IMG/VR virus record: IMGVR_UViG_3300037485_000206
Span: 1,867-65,866 of that record
Strand: one strand, 5' to 3'
Source: a virus
Taxonomy: Duplodnaviria > Caudoviricetes
Length of the DNA stretch: 64,000 nucleotides
Positions 1 through 9,214 of this stretch are shown here, one piece after another. The notes under the pieces are model-generated. The model searched no databases. It had not been told where the DNA came from and saw only the letters and a list, made by a program, of their open reading frames with translations. Every line of letters starts with the position of its first letter. Within the stretch, counting starts at the first letter, position 1. The translations under genes and the position numbers were made by a program.

Positions 1-205
1 GAACCCACTCTGCGCCTACCACGCTGGGGTAGTAGCCCATGCCTGCTTCCACATACACACGCCCCGTGCTTGAGGGCTTGTGCGGCGCGGTTCCGCTTAT
101 GACTGTGTGCCCGTTGCGAACGTCACCCTTGTAGATGGGCAGGCCCGTTGTCTCGCACATCAGTTGGCAGGTGCAGCCTGCCCAGTCTTCGCTTTGAATC
201 CACAT
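1..205 (-). CDS. early hypothetical protein, truncated by the window edge (MWIQSEDWAGCTCQ...PHKPSSTGRVYV...YYPSVVGAEWV)
   Basis: Manual translation; GAGGAG RBS upstream; preceded by a family-A palindrome. Confidence 0.65.
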   Translation of the reverse strand, partial: MWIQSEDWAGCTCQLMCETTGLPIYKGDVRNGHTVISGTAPHKPSSTGRVYVEAGMGYYPSVVGAEWV

Positions 206-225
206 AGCATCTCTCCTCTAGGTTG

Positions 226-250
226 AACCGGGGACATGATGTCCCCGGTT
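226..250. repeat. family-A palindrome AACCGGGGACAT-G-ATGTCCCCGGTT, copy 1
   Basis: Perfect 12-bp arms; related copies at 727, 1422, 59342, 62012, 63820. Confidence 0.95.
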
Positions 251-297
251 AGTGCGAACGCACTCCCAAGACCCCCGCAGGGGCCAAGGGGCTACGC

Positions 298-714
298 TCA
301 TTCCGCGAGCAAGCGATTGATCAGAGCGTCTACAGGCCGCGAGGTGTTCCCCATCGCGCACATCACATCACTGTTCCAATGGCTGAGCCATCGCTCGACC
401 TCGTGCATCTGGCTCTCGATGTACTCTCGGTACTCTGCGCCCTTCGGGTACTTGGCAGCGGTGGCCGCGAGTTTGCGGTAATCCTCGATCAGCCCTGCCC
501 GATACTTGGCCTCGATGGTGCTCTCGCGCCATCCGTTCTGCACGTTTTGCATATAGGCTGTGAGCACCCTGCCATTGGCCTGATATTCCGCCGCGCACTC
601 ATCGAGCAATGGCTGCATAAGGGCGAGCATCTCGTGCTCGATCTGGTCTTTCATTGTGACTTTGAACATTCCATTCTCCAGTTGGTTAGATTTCTGCACA
701 CGTTTCATCTTCAT
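298..714 (-). CDS. early hypothetical protein (MKMKRVQKSNQLENG...)
   Basis: 3' part of ORF 298..1134; AGAGGA RBS next to the ATG at 714/708. Confidence 0.65.
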   Translation of the reverse strand: MKMKRVQKSNQLENGMFKVTMKDQIEHEMLALMQPLLDECAAEYQANGRVLTAYMQNVQNGWRESTIEAKYRAGLIEDYRKLAATAAKYPKGAEYREYIESQMHEVERWLSHWNSDVMCAMGNTSRPVDALINRLLAE

Positions 715-726
715 TTCCTCTGCTGG

Positions 727-751
727 AACCGGGGACATGATGTCCCCGGTT
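727..751. repeat. family-A palindrome, copy 2
   Basis: Identical to copy 1. Confidence 0.95.
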
Positions 752-818
752 TGGTTGAACCCTGCCGCGCAGCCGTGCCTGAGCCAGCCGTTTGACAGGG
801 ATTGAAACACCGCACGGC

Positions 819-1277
819 TCAAGCCGAGAGGGACTTCATGCCAGCCACAGCCCGTGCCACGTTGCCACCGCAAGCAGCGATAGCAGCCCGCAGCGCAGCG
901 ATCTCGGCCTTGGTGAGCGGTTTTGCTTCTTTCTTGGTCTCGACACGCTGGGCAGCCTTTTCGGCTGGCTCGAATGCAGCCATTGCACGTTGGTAGGTCT
1001 TCTTCGCGGCTTCGTAGGCTGGCTTGGACTTGTCCAAGATCTTGCGACCCGCAGCGCAGCGCACGCCATCGACGAGACCGCACACGCCGAGCGAGATCTT
1101 TTGCTTGTTGAACATTTCCTTTTCGGATGCCCACTTGAGCACGATGGGCTGCACTTGTTCGAGTGTGGTGATGCCCGCTGCCTGCATGGCTGCGACGAGC
1201 GCATCGTTCGCGTCTTGCGTCGTGGTTGCGAACGTGTTGAGTGCGTTGATGGCAGCGGTATGGTTGATTTTGCTCAT
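819..1277 (-). CDS. Ala/Lys-rich early hypothetical protein (MSKINHTAAINAL...), probably the first early gene
   Basis: ORF 819..1352; internal ATG at 1277 follows a purine-rich tract. Confidence 0.7.
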   Translation of the reverse strand: MSKINHTAAINALNTFATTTQDANDALVAAMQAAGITTLEQVQPIVLKWASEKEMFNKQKISLGVCGLVDGVRCAAGRKILDKSKPAYEAAKKTYQRAMAAFEPAEKAAQRVETKKEAKPLTKAEIAALRAAIAACGGNVARAVAGMKSLSA

Positions 1278-1421
1278 TTCATTCTTTCGTTGGATTGGGG
1301 CTCTCTGCCCCGGGGTTGGTGTGGTGTGCAGCAGAGCGATTCCCCACTGCACAATTGCATTTTACCTAACCCCCCATTTTGCTCGGTGCGTGGTGCGTTG
1401 ATACCCCGTGAGATACCCCGA

Positions 1422-1446
1422 AACAGGGGACATGATGTCCCCGGTT
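1422..1446. repeat. family-A palindrome, copy 3 (one mismatch)
   Basis: AACAGGGGACATGATGTCCCCGGTT. Confidence 0.9.
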
Positions 1447-1621
1447 ACTCGAGAATGGCGTTACCCCACCCACCCCCCACATCCCTTTTATACTCGCGTC
1501 GTTGCGTATATATATGAACACTGTTTCTGAACCACACATACTATTTTCTGTCTAATAGCCCCCCGGGGGTATATTATAAAAAATCATATATACTTTTGTC
1601 TAACGATGGACAAGTGCGGAC

Positions 1622-1647
1622 AAAAAAGAGCCCACCGAGGTGGGCTA
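1622..1647 (-). terminator. intrinsic terminator-like hairpin on the - strand
   Basis: AGCCCACC-TC-GGTGGGCT followed by CTTTTTT on the - strand. Confidence 0.6.
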
Positions 1648-1694
1648 AGGTGACGTGAGTCACTTGGAGAAGCAATGCCATAAATGCAACAAAG

Positions 1695-1722
1695 TTGCGA
1701 CATCACAAACTTAGTATACACT
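1695..1722 (+). promoter_or_regulatory. putative sigma70 promoter for the packaging operon
   Basis: TTGCGA-16 nt-TACACT, about 30 nt before ATG 1753. Confidence 0.45.
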
Positions 1723-1752
1723 CCGCACAAACGAGGTACCAACCTACGCGCT

Positions 1753-2334
1753 ATGCTTGAACACCTGATAGACATCAAACCACCTGTGGCCGCACACTCC
1801 AAAAAAGCTATTCACGCTTTGGATAAGGCAAACGCGCAGGACGTACTCGACGCCCAAGTCAACACGACGATGTGGCTAGAGAGCATGGGCGTCGAAGACG
1901 ACCAGAAGATACTTGCCGAAGCTGAGGCCAATGCAGCACGCAAGGTATTTACCGATCTGGCTACCGCCGCGCCCGAAGAGCACACCAAGTCAAACCTGAC
2001 CACGCTCAAGACGCCACAAGCAGTACGCCATCTGGTAACCATGCTGTCAGCCTACGACTGGGAGTTCGTAGAGCAGGCCAAGAACCTGCGCGGCATGGCC
2101 GTCGCCAAGATCATCGAAGAGACCAACCACCCAGACGCTCGCATCCGGCTCAAAGCGCTAGAGATGCTGGGCAAAGTCACCGAGGTCGGGTTGTTCACTG
2201 ACAAGATCGAAGTGAAAAAAGCAGAGCTAAGCGACGTAGAGATTGAAAAGCGTATCAAGGAAAAGCTCAACAAGTTCATGCAGGTTGTCGACGTGATCGA
2301 CATCGAAGAGTCGCCAGACGAGCTTCAAGACTAG
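1753..2334 (+). CDS. putative terminase small subunit
   Basis: Directly upstream of TerL; helical; RLKALEMLGK...GLFTDKIEV C-terminal pattern typical of TerS. Confidence 0.6.
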   Translation: MLEHLIDIKPPVAAHSKKAIHALDKANAQDVLDAQVNTTMWLESMGVEDDQKILAEAEANAARKVFTDLATAAPEEHTKSNLTTLKTPQAVRHLVTMLSAYDWEFVEQAKNLRGMAVAKIIEETNHPDARIRLKALEMLGKVTEVGLFTDKIEVKKAELSDVEIEKRIKEKLNKFMQVVDVIDIEESPDELQD

Positions 2335-3876
2335 ATGAACCTCAACTCAATCACAACGCTCAGCAAGCGGGAACTGGCAGCGCTCATGCAGGCGCTGCCG
2401 ACGATGACCGTCCAAGAGAAGATTGAGCTATTCGAGGACTTGGAGGTGCGTGAGAAACGCGCCAGCCTAGCGGCAGCACAGCACTCCATGCTGGGGTTTG
2501 CCTCGGCGGTCTACCCGGGGTTCAAGATAGGCGCTCATCACAAGAAGCTCGCCAAGATCTTTACTGACGTGATTGATGGCAAGAAGAAGCGCGTGATCAT
2601 CAACATCGCGCCTCGCATGGGTAAGTCGGAGTTCTCCTCCTATTTGTTCCCCGCATACTTCCTCGGCAAGTACCCAGAGAAGAAGATCATCATGGGCACG
2701 CACACCGCGTCGCTCTCTGAGGACTTTGGACGCCGCATTCGGAACTTGGTCGACACAGAGGAGTACGGTGAGATATTTCCTCAGACAATCGTGGCTGATG
2801 ACCAGAAGGCTGCTGGAAAGTGGTCAACTTCTGCTGGTGGGCAGTATTATGCTGCTGGCGTCGGCGGGGCTCTTGCTGGTCGTGGCGCTGACCTATTTGT
2901 TATCGATGATCCCCACTCTGAACAGGACGTTAAAGCCAACTCACGACTCGCCTTTGACACGGCTTGGTCGTGGTTTCAGACGGGACCGCTCCAACGACTG
3001 ATGCCCGGAGGGGCAATTATTGTCATCATGACGCGCTGGTCACTGCTCGACCTGACTGGGCGCTTGATCGACTACCAGACCAAGAACCCCAACGCTGACC
3101 AGTGGGAGATCGTAGAGCTTCCAGCCATTCTGGGCGAAGACACTGAGGGGGAGAAGTCGCTGTGGCCCGAGCAATGGCCGCTCGACCAGCTTAAGAACAA
3201 AAAAGCCAATATGGACCCGCGATACTGGAACGCCCAGTATATGCAGCAACCCACCAGCGACACGGCGGCGATCATTTCACGCAAACACTGGCGCATATGG
3301 GACGCTGAAGAAGCCCCCAAGTGCGAGTACATCATCCAGTCATGGGACACGGCGTTCGAGACCAAGACCACAGCCGACTATTCCGCCTGCACAACGTGGG
3401 GCGTGTTCTACAACGAAGAAGAGAACGACGCGCCGCAGATCATACTGCTCGACGCATTCAAGGATCGCATGGCGTTTCCTGAATTGAAGCAAGTCGCGCT
3501 CAAGCACTATAAGGAATGGGAACCCGATGCGTGCCTGATTGAGAAGAAGGCCGCTGGCGCTCCACTAATACAAGAGCTACGCAGCATGGGGATCCCCGTG
3601 AGCGAGTTTTCGCCCAGCCGAGGCAATGACAAAATGGTGCGGATGAATGCCGTGGCAGATATGTTCACTTCGGGTAAAGTCTGGGCTCCTGACACACGCT
3701 GGGCACGCGAGGTTATTGAGGAAGTAGCTGCGTTCCCTGTTGGCGAACACGACGACTACGTAGATACGGCGACCCAAGCACTGCTGCGCTTCCGCCAAGG
3801 CGGGCTTATTCCTCTGGACTCCGACGAGAAAGACGATCCACAGGTCTTTCGGCGTAAAACGCAATCTTATTACTAA
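2335..3876 (+). CDS. terL: terminase large subunit
   Basis: Walker A APRMGKS, Walker B FVIDD, coupling motif MTRW, RNase H-like nuclease (SWDTA...DYSA...HDDYVD). Confidence 0.95.
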   Translation: MNLNSITTLSKRELAALMQALPTMTVQEKIELFEDLEVREKRASLAAAQHSMLGFASAVYPGFKIGAHHKKLAKIFTDVIDGKKKRVIINIAPRMGKSEFSSYLFPAYFLGKYPEKKIIMGTHTASLSEDFGRRIRNLVDTEEYGEIFPQTIVADDQKAAGKWSTSAGGQYYAAGVGGALAGRGADLFVIDDPHSEQDVKANSRLAFDTAWSWFQTGPLQRLMPGGAIIVIMTRWSLLDLTGRLIDYQTKNPNADQWEIVELPAILGEDTEGEKSLWPEQWPLDQLKNKKANMDPRYWNAQYMQQPTSDTAAIISRKHWRIWDAEEAPKCEYIIQSWDTAFETKTTADYSACTTWGVFYNEEENDAPQIILLDAFKDRMAFPELKQVALKHYKEWEPDACLIEKKAAGAPLIQELRSMGIPVSEFSPSRGNDKMVRMNAVADMFTSGKVWAPDTRWAREVIEEVAAFPVGEHDDYVDTATQALLRFRQGGLIPLDSDEKDDPQVFRRKTQSYY

Positions 3877-3884
3877 AGGCTAAT

Positions 3885-6359
3885 ATGGCTAATTTCGACA
3901 AAAGTCTCTATCAAGCGCCACTAGGCATCGACGCTATGGGTGAGAGCGAGGAGCCCATCGAGATTGAGATCGTCGACCCGGAAGAAGTGAACATTCACGC
4001 CGATGGTTTGGACATTTCCATCGGAAAAGGGGACGAAACTGACGATTTTGGTGCCAATTTGGCTGAAGAAATGGATGAAAGCGCCATTTCTTCAATGGCT
4101 GGAGACCTCGTCGCGGACATCGACAACGACAAAGCGTCCCGTAAAGATTGGGAAAAAGCCTACACGGAAGGGCTGAAACTGCTCGGTCTGCAGTACGAGG
4201 AGCGTACTGAGCCTTGGAATGGCGCTTGTGGCGTGTTCCACCCCATGATTACTGAGGCAGTGATCCGCTTCCAGTCAGAAACGATCACCGAGACATTCCC
4301 TGCATCAGGGCCAGTACGCACAAAGATTCTCGGCAAAGAGACGCCGGAGAAGAAAGAAGCCGCCGTTCGCGTCGAAGATGACATGAACTATGAACTGACC
4401 GAAGTCATGCGGGAGTTCAGGCCAGAACACGAGCGGATGCTATGGAGCCTCCCGGCCACGGGTTCTGCGTTCAAGAAAGTGTACTACGACCCAGCACTTG
4501 GTAGGCAGGTTTCGATCTTTATCCCCGCCGAAGACATCCTGCTGCCCTACGGTACCAGCGATCTGGACACTTGCTACCGCCTGACGCACGTCATGCGCAA
4601 GACCAAGAACGAAGTCCTGAAGCTGCAGAACGCGGGCTTCTACCGCGACATCGAACTGCCTGACCCACTGAAGTCCCAAGACGACATCAAGAAGGCCAAG
4701 GACAAGGAAACTGGCTTCAGCGACCTGAACGACGACCGGCTCACTATTTATGAGTGCCACGTTGACCTCGACCTCAAGGGCTATGAGGATACCGACAAGG
4801 AAGGCGAAGAGACCGGCATCTCGCTGCCATACGTAGTCACGCTTATCAAGGGATCAAACGATGTCCTCGCTATCCGACGCAACTGGCAAGAAGACGACGA
4901 CCTTCGACTCAAGAGACAGCACTTCGTACATTATCAGTACATCCCCGGTTTTGGCGCGTATGGCTTTGGCCTATTCCATCTCATCGGTGGATATGCGAAG
5001 TCAGCTACTAGCCTTATGCGACAGTTGGTTGACGCGGGCACCCTGTCCAACCTCCCCGGAGGTCTCAAGTCACGAGGACTGCGAATCAAGGGAGACGACA
5101 CCCCCATCGCCCCCGGCGAGTGGCGCGATGTAGATATTGGCTCAGGCGCGCTGCGCGACAACCTGCTGCCACTGCCATATAAAGAACCTAGCTCGGTTCT
5201 GGCTGCGCTGCTGGACAAGATCGTCGAAGAAGGCCGTCGCTTCGCATCATCTGCTGATATGCAGGTCAGCGACATGTCTGCCAACGCGCCTGTCGGATCG
5301 ACACTGGCGATCCTTGAGCGTCAGCTTAAGGTGATGACGGCGGTTCAGGCCCGGGTTCACTACTCGTTCAAGCAAGAGCTTCAGCTTCTGGCCGCGATCA
5401 TCCGTGACTACACCGATGACATGTATGACTACGACCCGGGCGACGAGACCACGGGAGCCAAGAAGTCTGACTACTCGCACGTAGACATTATCCCGGTCAG
5501 CGACCCCAACGCCGCGACTATGAGCCAGCGGGTTGTGCAGTACCAAGCCGTGATTCAGATGGCCCAGATGGCCCCTGACATCTACGACCTGCCACAGCTT
5601 CACCGTGCCATGCTGGACGTGCTGGGTATCAAGAATGCCGAGAAGCTCGTGCCGCTGCCTGACGACATGAAGCCAAAGGATCCGATCACGGAGAACATGG
5701 ACATTCTGAAGTGCGAGCCACTGAAGGCGTTCATCTTCCAAGACCATGAGTCCCACATCAAGGTTCACATGGCGATGTCGCAGGATCCGACGATCATGCA
5801 GTTGATCGGGCAGAACCCCAAGGCACAGCAGATGATGGCCGCTGGGATGTCGCATATCGCTGAGCACGCCGCGTATGCCTACCGCCAGAAGATCGAGCAG
5901 CAGTTGGGTATGCCGATGCCTGCAGAAGACAACGAGGACAAGCTGCCACCAGAAGTCCAGAACGCTATGGCCGGGATGATGGCGCAGGCCGCTCAACAAG
6001 TCCTGCAGATGAGCCAAGCACAGCAAGCTCAGCAACAAGCTCAGCAAGCGCAGCAAGACCCGATTGTGCAGATGCAACAGCAAGAACTGCAGATTCGCCA
6101 GCAAGAAGTCCAGATCAAGCAGCAAGAAATGCAGATCAAGGAAAAGAAAATGGCTGCGGACGTTGCAGCACGGGCCGACGAGATCGAGATCAAGAAGACC
6201 CAAGCCGAAGGCAACATCCAGCTTGGCGCTATGAACGCACAGATCAAGGCCAAGGAATCTCAGGACAAGCTCGCCGCTCACCAAGAGTTGGAGGGTACCC
6301 GCATGGGCATCGACATCGCCAAGTCCAAGGCGCAATCTCAACAGAAGCCAACTAAATGA
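3885..6359 (+). CDS. portal protein with Gln-rich coiled-coil C-terminal barrel
   Basis: 824 aa after TerL; GSAFKKVYYD motif; Q-rich tail as in P22-type portals. Confidence 0.9.
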   Translation: MANFDKSLYQAPLGIDAMGESEEPIEIEIVDPEEVNIHADGLDISIGKGDETDDFGANLAEEMDESAISSMAGDLVADIDNDKASRKDWEKAYTEGLKLLGLQYEERTEPWNGACGVFHPMITEAVIRFQSETITETFPASGPVRTKILGKETPEKKEAAVRVEDDMNYELTEVMREFRPEHERMLWSLPATGSAFKKVYYDPALGRQVSIFIPAEDILLPYGTSDLDTCYRLTHVMRKTKNEVLKLQNAGFYRDIELPDPLKSQDDIKKAKDKETGFSDLNDDRLTIYECHVDLDLKGYEDTDKEGEETGISLPYVVTLIKGSNDVLAIRRNWQEDDDLRLKRQHFVHYQYIPGFGAYGFGLFHLIGGYAKSATSLMRQLVDAGTLSNLPGGLKSRGLRIKGDDTPIAPGEWRDVDIGSGALRDNLLPLPYKEPSSVLAALLDKIVEEGRRFASSADMQVSDMSANAPVGSTLAILERQLKVMTAVQARVHYSFKQELQLLAAIIRDYTDDMYDYDPGDETTGAKKSDYSHVDIIPVSDPNAATMSQRVVQYQAVIQMAQMAPDIYDLPQLHRAMLDVLGIKNAEKLVPLPDDMKPKDPITENMDILKCEPLKAFIFQDHESHIKVHMAMSQDPTIMQLIGQNPKAQQMMAAGMSHIAEHAAYAYRQKIEQQLGMPMPAEDNEDKLPPEVQNAMAGMMAQAAQQVLQMSQAQQAQQQAQQAQQDPIVQMQQQELQIRQQEVQIKQQEMQIKEKKMAADVAARADEIEIKKTQAEGNIQLGAMNAQIKAKESQDKLAAHQELEGTRMGIDIAKSKAQSQQKPTK

Positions 6360-6550
6360 TTCACGACTTCGCCCGCGTATTGCGCGAACAAATACGTACT
6401 GATATGAACAACTACGCCGACGATATCTCGTCTGGCGTGTGCAAATCCTTTGAAGAGTACCAAAAACTCTGCGGCGTTATTCAGGGTCTAGCCGTTGCAG
6501 AGCGTTACTTACTTGACCTTGCTAAGAAAGTTGAACAATCCGATGAGTAA
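6356..6550 (+). CDS. small hypothetical protein
   Basis: ATGA overlap with portal; helical, YQKLCGVIQGL. Confidence 0.75.
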   Translation: MIHDFARVLREQIRTDMNNYADDISSGVCKSFEEYQKLCGVIQGLAVAERYLLDLAKKVEQSDE

Positions 6551-6977
6551 TCTCATTCTGCCTCCCGGTATCACTCTTCCAAGCAGCATCCAGCCTAAAG
6601 AAACGGTGGATGACAGCGTTCCTATCGAGGATCGTGGGCGTTCGTTGCCCGAGCCTACGGGCTGGAAGATTTTGTGTGTTGTTCCTGACGTATCCGCCAA
6701 GATTGACGGTACGGAACTGGATCTGGTCAAGTCTACTGACGCGCTGCGTCAGGAAGAACATGGCACTACGGTACTGTTTGTCGTCAAGGTAGGCCCACAA
6801 GCTTACAAAGACGATGCAAAGTTTGGCGGGGAGGCGTGGTGCAAGGCTGGCGATTTCATCCTTGTACGTACCTATTCCGGTACGCGCTTCAAGATCTACG
6901 GTAAAGAGTTCCGTCTCCTGAATGACGATCAGGTTGATGCGGTTGTTGAAGATCCACGTGGCTTGACCCGTGCTTAA
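6543..6977 (+). CDS. groES: GroES/Cpn10-like co-chaperonin
   Basis: PTGWKILC...VVKVGPQAY...KAGDFILVRTYSGTRFKIYGKEFRLLNDDQVDAVV matches the Cpn10 pattern. Confidence 0.85.
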   Translation: MSNLILPPGITLPSSIQPKETVDDSVPIEDRGRSLPEPTGWKILCVVPDVSAKIDGTELDLVKSTDALRQEEHGTTVLFVVKVGPQAYKDDAKFGGEAWCKAGDFILVRTYSGTRFKIYGKEFRLLNDDQVDAVVEDPRGLTRA

Positions 6978-6986
6978 GGAGTAGTA

Positions 6987-7916
6987 ATGGACCCATTTCA
7001 ATTCCCAGACGAGATTGAAGACGACGTTGTTGTCAAGGTAGACGACAAAGACGAAATCGAAATCGAAGTCGTCGATGACACGCCCGTACAAGATCGAGGA
7101 CGCAAGCCACTAGATAGGGAAGTCGACGACCCATCGGACGATGAGATTGAGAACTATTCCGATAAGGTCAAGTCACGGATCAAGGAACTCACCCACGCAC
7201 GTCACGACGAGCGGCGGGCTAAAGAGTCTGTTCTGCGCGAGCGGGCAGAGCTTGAGAGGCTTGCACAAACGCTGATCGATGAGAACAAGAATCTCAAGCA
7301 GTACGTGAACCAAGGTACTCAGCAGTATGCGAGTACGATGAAGTCTGCTGCCGAAGCCGAATTGGCTATGGCACGCAAGCAGTTTAAGGAAGCTCAAGAG
7401 GCTTTCGATACTGACGCCATCATGGCGGCGCAAGAAGCGCTTAGCGACGCTAAGTGGAAACTGGAAGAGGCCAAGCGATTTAACCCCGCCCCTTTACAGA
7501 TCGACGATAGTGTAGTACAACAGCGACAATCTACTCCCCAACCAGTAGAACCAGACCAGAAGACACAGCGCTGGATGCACAAAAACCAGTGGTTTGGCTC
7601 GCCGGGGTATGAGGAACTTACCAGCTATTCACTCGGGCTGCATCAAAAACTTGTGAACTCGGGCGTTGATCCGAGTAGTGATGAATACTTCGGGCATATC
7701 GATGCTCGCTTGCACTCAAAGTTCCCTGAAGTGTTCAGCGGATCAAAAGACAGAGGCTCTAGTAGACCTACAACAGTGGTAGCTTCAGCGACTCGTTCGT
7801 CAGGAGCAAAGAGGGTTCAACTTACCACTACCCAACTCGCGTTGGCAAAGAAGTTCAACCTTACCCCGCAGCAATATGCAGCGCAAGTAGCAAAACTGGA
7901 GAATTCCAATGGCTGA
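6987..7916 (+). CDS. putative capsid scaffolding protein
   Basis: Acidic N-terminus, long coiled coil, basic C-terminal helix; lies between portal and major capsid; AAGGAG RBS. Confidence 0.65.
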   Translation: MDPFQFPDEIEDDVVVKVDDKDEIEIEVVDDTPVQDRGRKPLDREVDDPSDDEIENYSDKVKSRIKELTHARHDERRAKESVLRERAELERLAQTLIDENKNLKQYVNQGTQQYASTMKSAAEAELAMARKQFKEAQEAFDTDAIMAAQEALSDAKWKLEEAKRFNPAPLQIDDSVVQQRQSTPQPVEPDQKTQRWMHKNQWFGSPGYEELTSYSLGLHQKLVNSGVDPSSDEYFGHIDARLHSKFPEVFSGSKDRGSSRPTTVVASATRSSGAKRVQLTTTQLALAKKFNLTPQQYAAQVAKLENSNG

Positions 7917-8364
7917 GAATCGTACCCCCCGTGACCTCGTGTCCCGCGAAAAAACCGCTCGTTACGTCTACACGCCGTCGAGTGCATTGCCCGATCCCAC
8001 CCCTGAGCCGGGATTTGCGTTCCGTTGGATCGCGACGCATATTCTTGGACAAGCAGATCCCACCAACGTGTCTCGCAAGATGCGCGACGGATGGGAACCA
8101 GTAAAGGCTGTTGATCATCCTGAACTGATGCTGCAAGGCAATGCTCAGACAGGTAATGTGGAAATTGGCGGTCTTATGCTTTGCAAGATCGCCGAAGAAA
8201 AAGTTAAGGCTATGGCTGAGTACTATGACCAGAAGGCGACTAGCCAGATGGAATCAGTCGACAATAGCTTCATGCGACAAAATGACCCGCGTATGCCACT
8301 GTTTGCTGACCGTAAGTCGTCAAGCAGCCGTGGCGGTAGCGGATTTGGTTCTGGTTCAAAATAA
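7909..8364 (+). CDS. conserved head-module hypothetical protein
   Basis: FRWIAT...GWEPV...GGLMLCKI pattern; coupled to upstream gene. Confidence 0.75.
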   Translation: MAENRTPRDLVSREKTARYVYTPSSALPDPTPEPGFAFRWIATHILGQADPTNVSRKMRDGWEPVKAVDHPELMLQGNAQTGNVEIGGLMLCKIAEEKVKAMAEYYDQKATSQMESVDNSFMRQNDPRMPLFADRKSSSSRGGSGFGSGSK

Positions 8365-8374
8365 GGAGTCTTAA

Positions 8375-9199
8375 ATGGCTTATCCTACGGTTGCGGCCCC
8401 CTATGGGCTTTTGCCAGTCAATCTGATTGGCGGGCAGGTGTTTGCGGGTTCTACCCGTGAACTTCCAATCACCTATGCATATGCAACTAGCATTTTCTAC
8501 GGTGATTTCGTTACGCTCGTTCGCGGCGATCTTCAGCGCATTACGGTCTCGACCGGCGTTGTTGGTACGTTGATGGGTGTGTTTCTCGGTTGCTCGTATA
8601 CCGATCCGGTTACCAAGCAAAAGCGTTTTGCTCAAAACTGGGTTGGCGGCACGACTGCTGGCGACTGCGTTGCAATCGTTTGCGACGATCCAGACACGGT
8701 CTTCAAGGCTGTTATGTTGTCGGGCACCACGGTTGTTGCTTCGGGCGCTCGCGCTATGCTGGGCCAGAACTTGGCAGCAGTGAACAACACCGGCAACTCC
8801 AACAGCGGTAACTCGCTGAATGGCGTGTTGGCAGATACCTCCCTCGCTCTGACGGCAGCTCTGCCGATCCGTGTTGTGGGTCTGGTGCCTGATTCGGCTG
8901 TTACTCTCGGTACTGGCGTTTATAGCTCGATCAGCACGGCTACCGTGACGCTTGCCTCCGCTATTGGCTTTACGCCAACGGTCGGTTGCGATGTCGGTTC
9001 GATTGCCGCCAACGGTCAGTACATTGCCAGTGGTTCGTATGTTGCCTCGGTGACGAACTCGACCACCGTTGTGCTGAACGCGGCCCCACTGGTTGCCTTC
9101 GGCGCTGCGTCCACCATCGTCTTCACCCAATACCCAGAAGTGCTCGTCAAGATCAATTTCGGTCTTCATAAGTATTATGCTGGCACTGCTGTCGCTTAA
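8375..9199 (+). CDS. putative capsid cement/decoration protein
   Basis: Beta-rich, T/A/G-rich; directly before MCP; strong RBS. Confidence 0.6.
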   Translation: MAYPTVAAPYGLLPVNLIGGQVFAGSTRELPITYAYATSIFYGDFVTLVRGDLQRITVSTGVVGTLMGVFLGCSYTDPVTKQKRFAQNWVGGTTAGDCVAIVCDDPDTVFKAVMLSGTTVVASGARAMLGQNLAAVNNTGNSNSGNSLNGVLADTSLALTAALPIRVVGLVPDSAVTLGTGVYSSISTATVTLASAIGFTPTVGCDVGSIAANGQYIASGSYVASVTNSTTVVLNAAPLVAFGAASTIVFTQYPEVLVKINFGLHKYYAGTAVA

Positions 9200-9214
9200 T
9201 AAGGAGCACTAAAA

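Noticed and set aside
755-821. HDV-like/theta ribozyme or programmed frameshift
   Set aside because: Lacks the P1.1 GG and the catalytic J4/2 strand; no slippery heptamer upstream. Kept only as a generic pseudoknot.
298-1134. 278-aa ORF as annotated in the track
   Set aside because: Its 5' half overlaps gene 819-1277 and runs through structured intergenic DNA; the RBS supports a start at 714/708.
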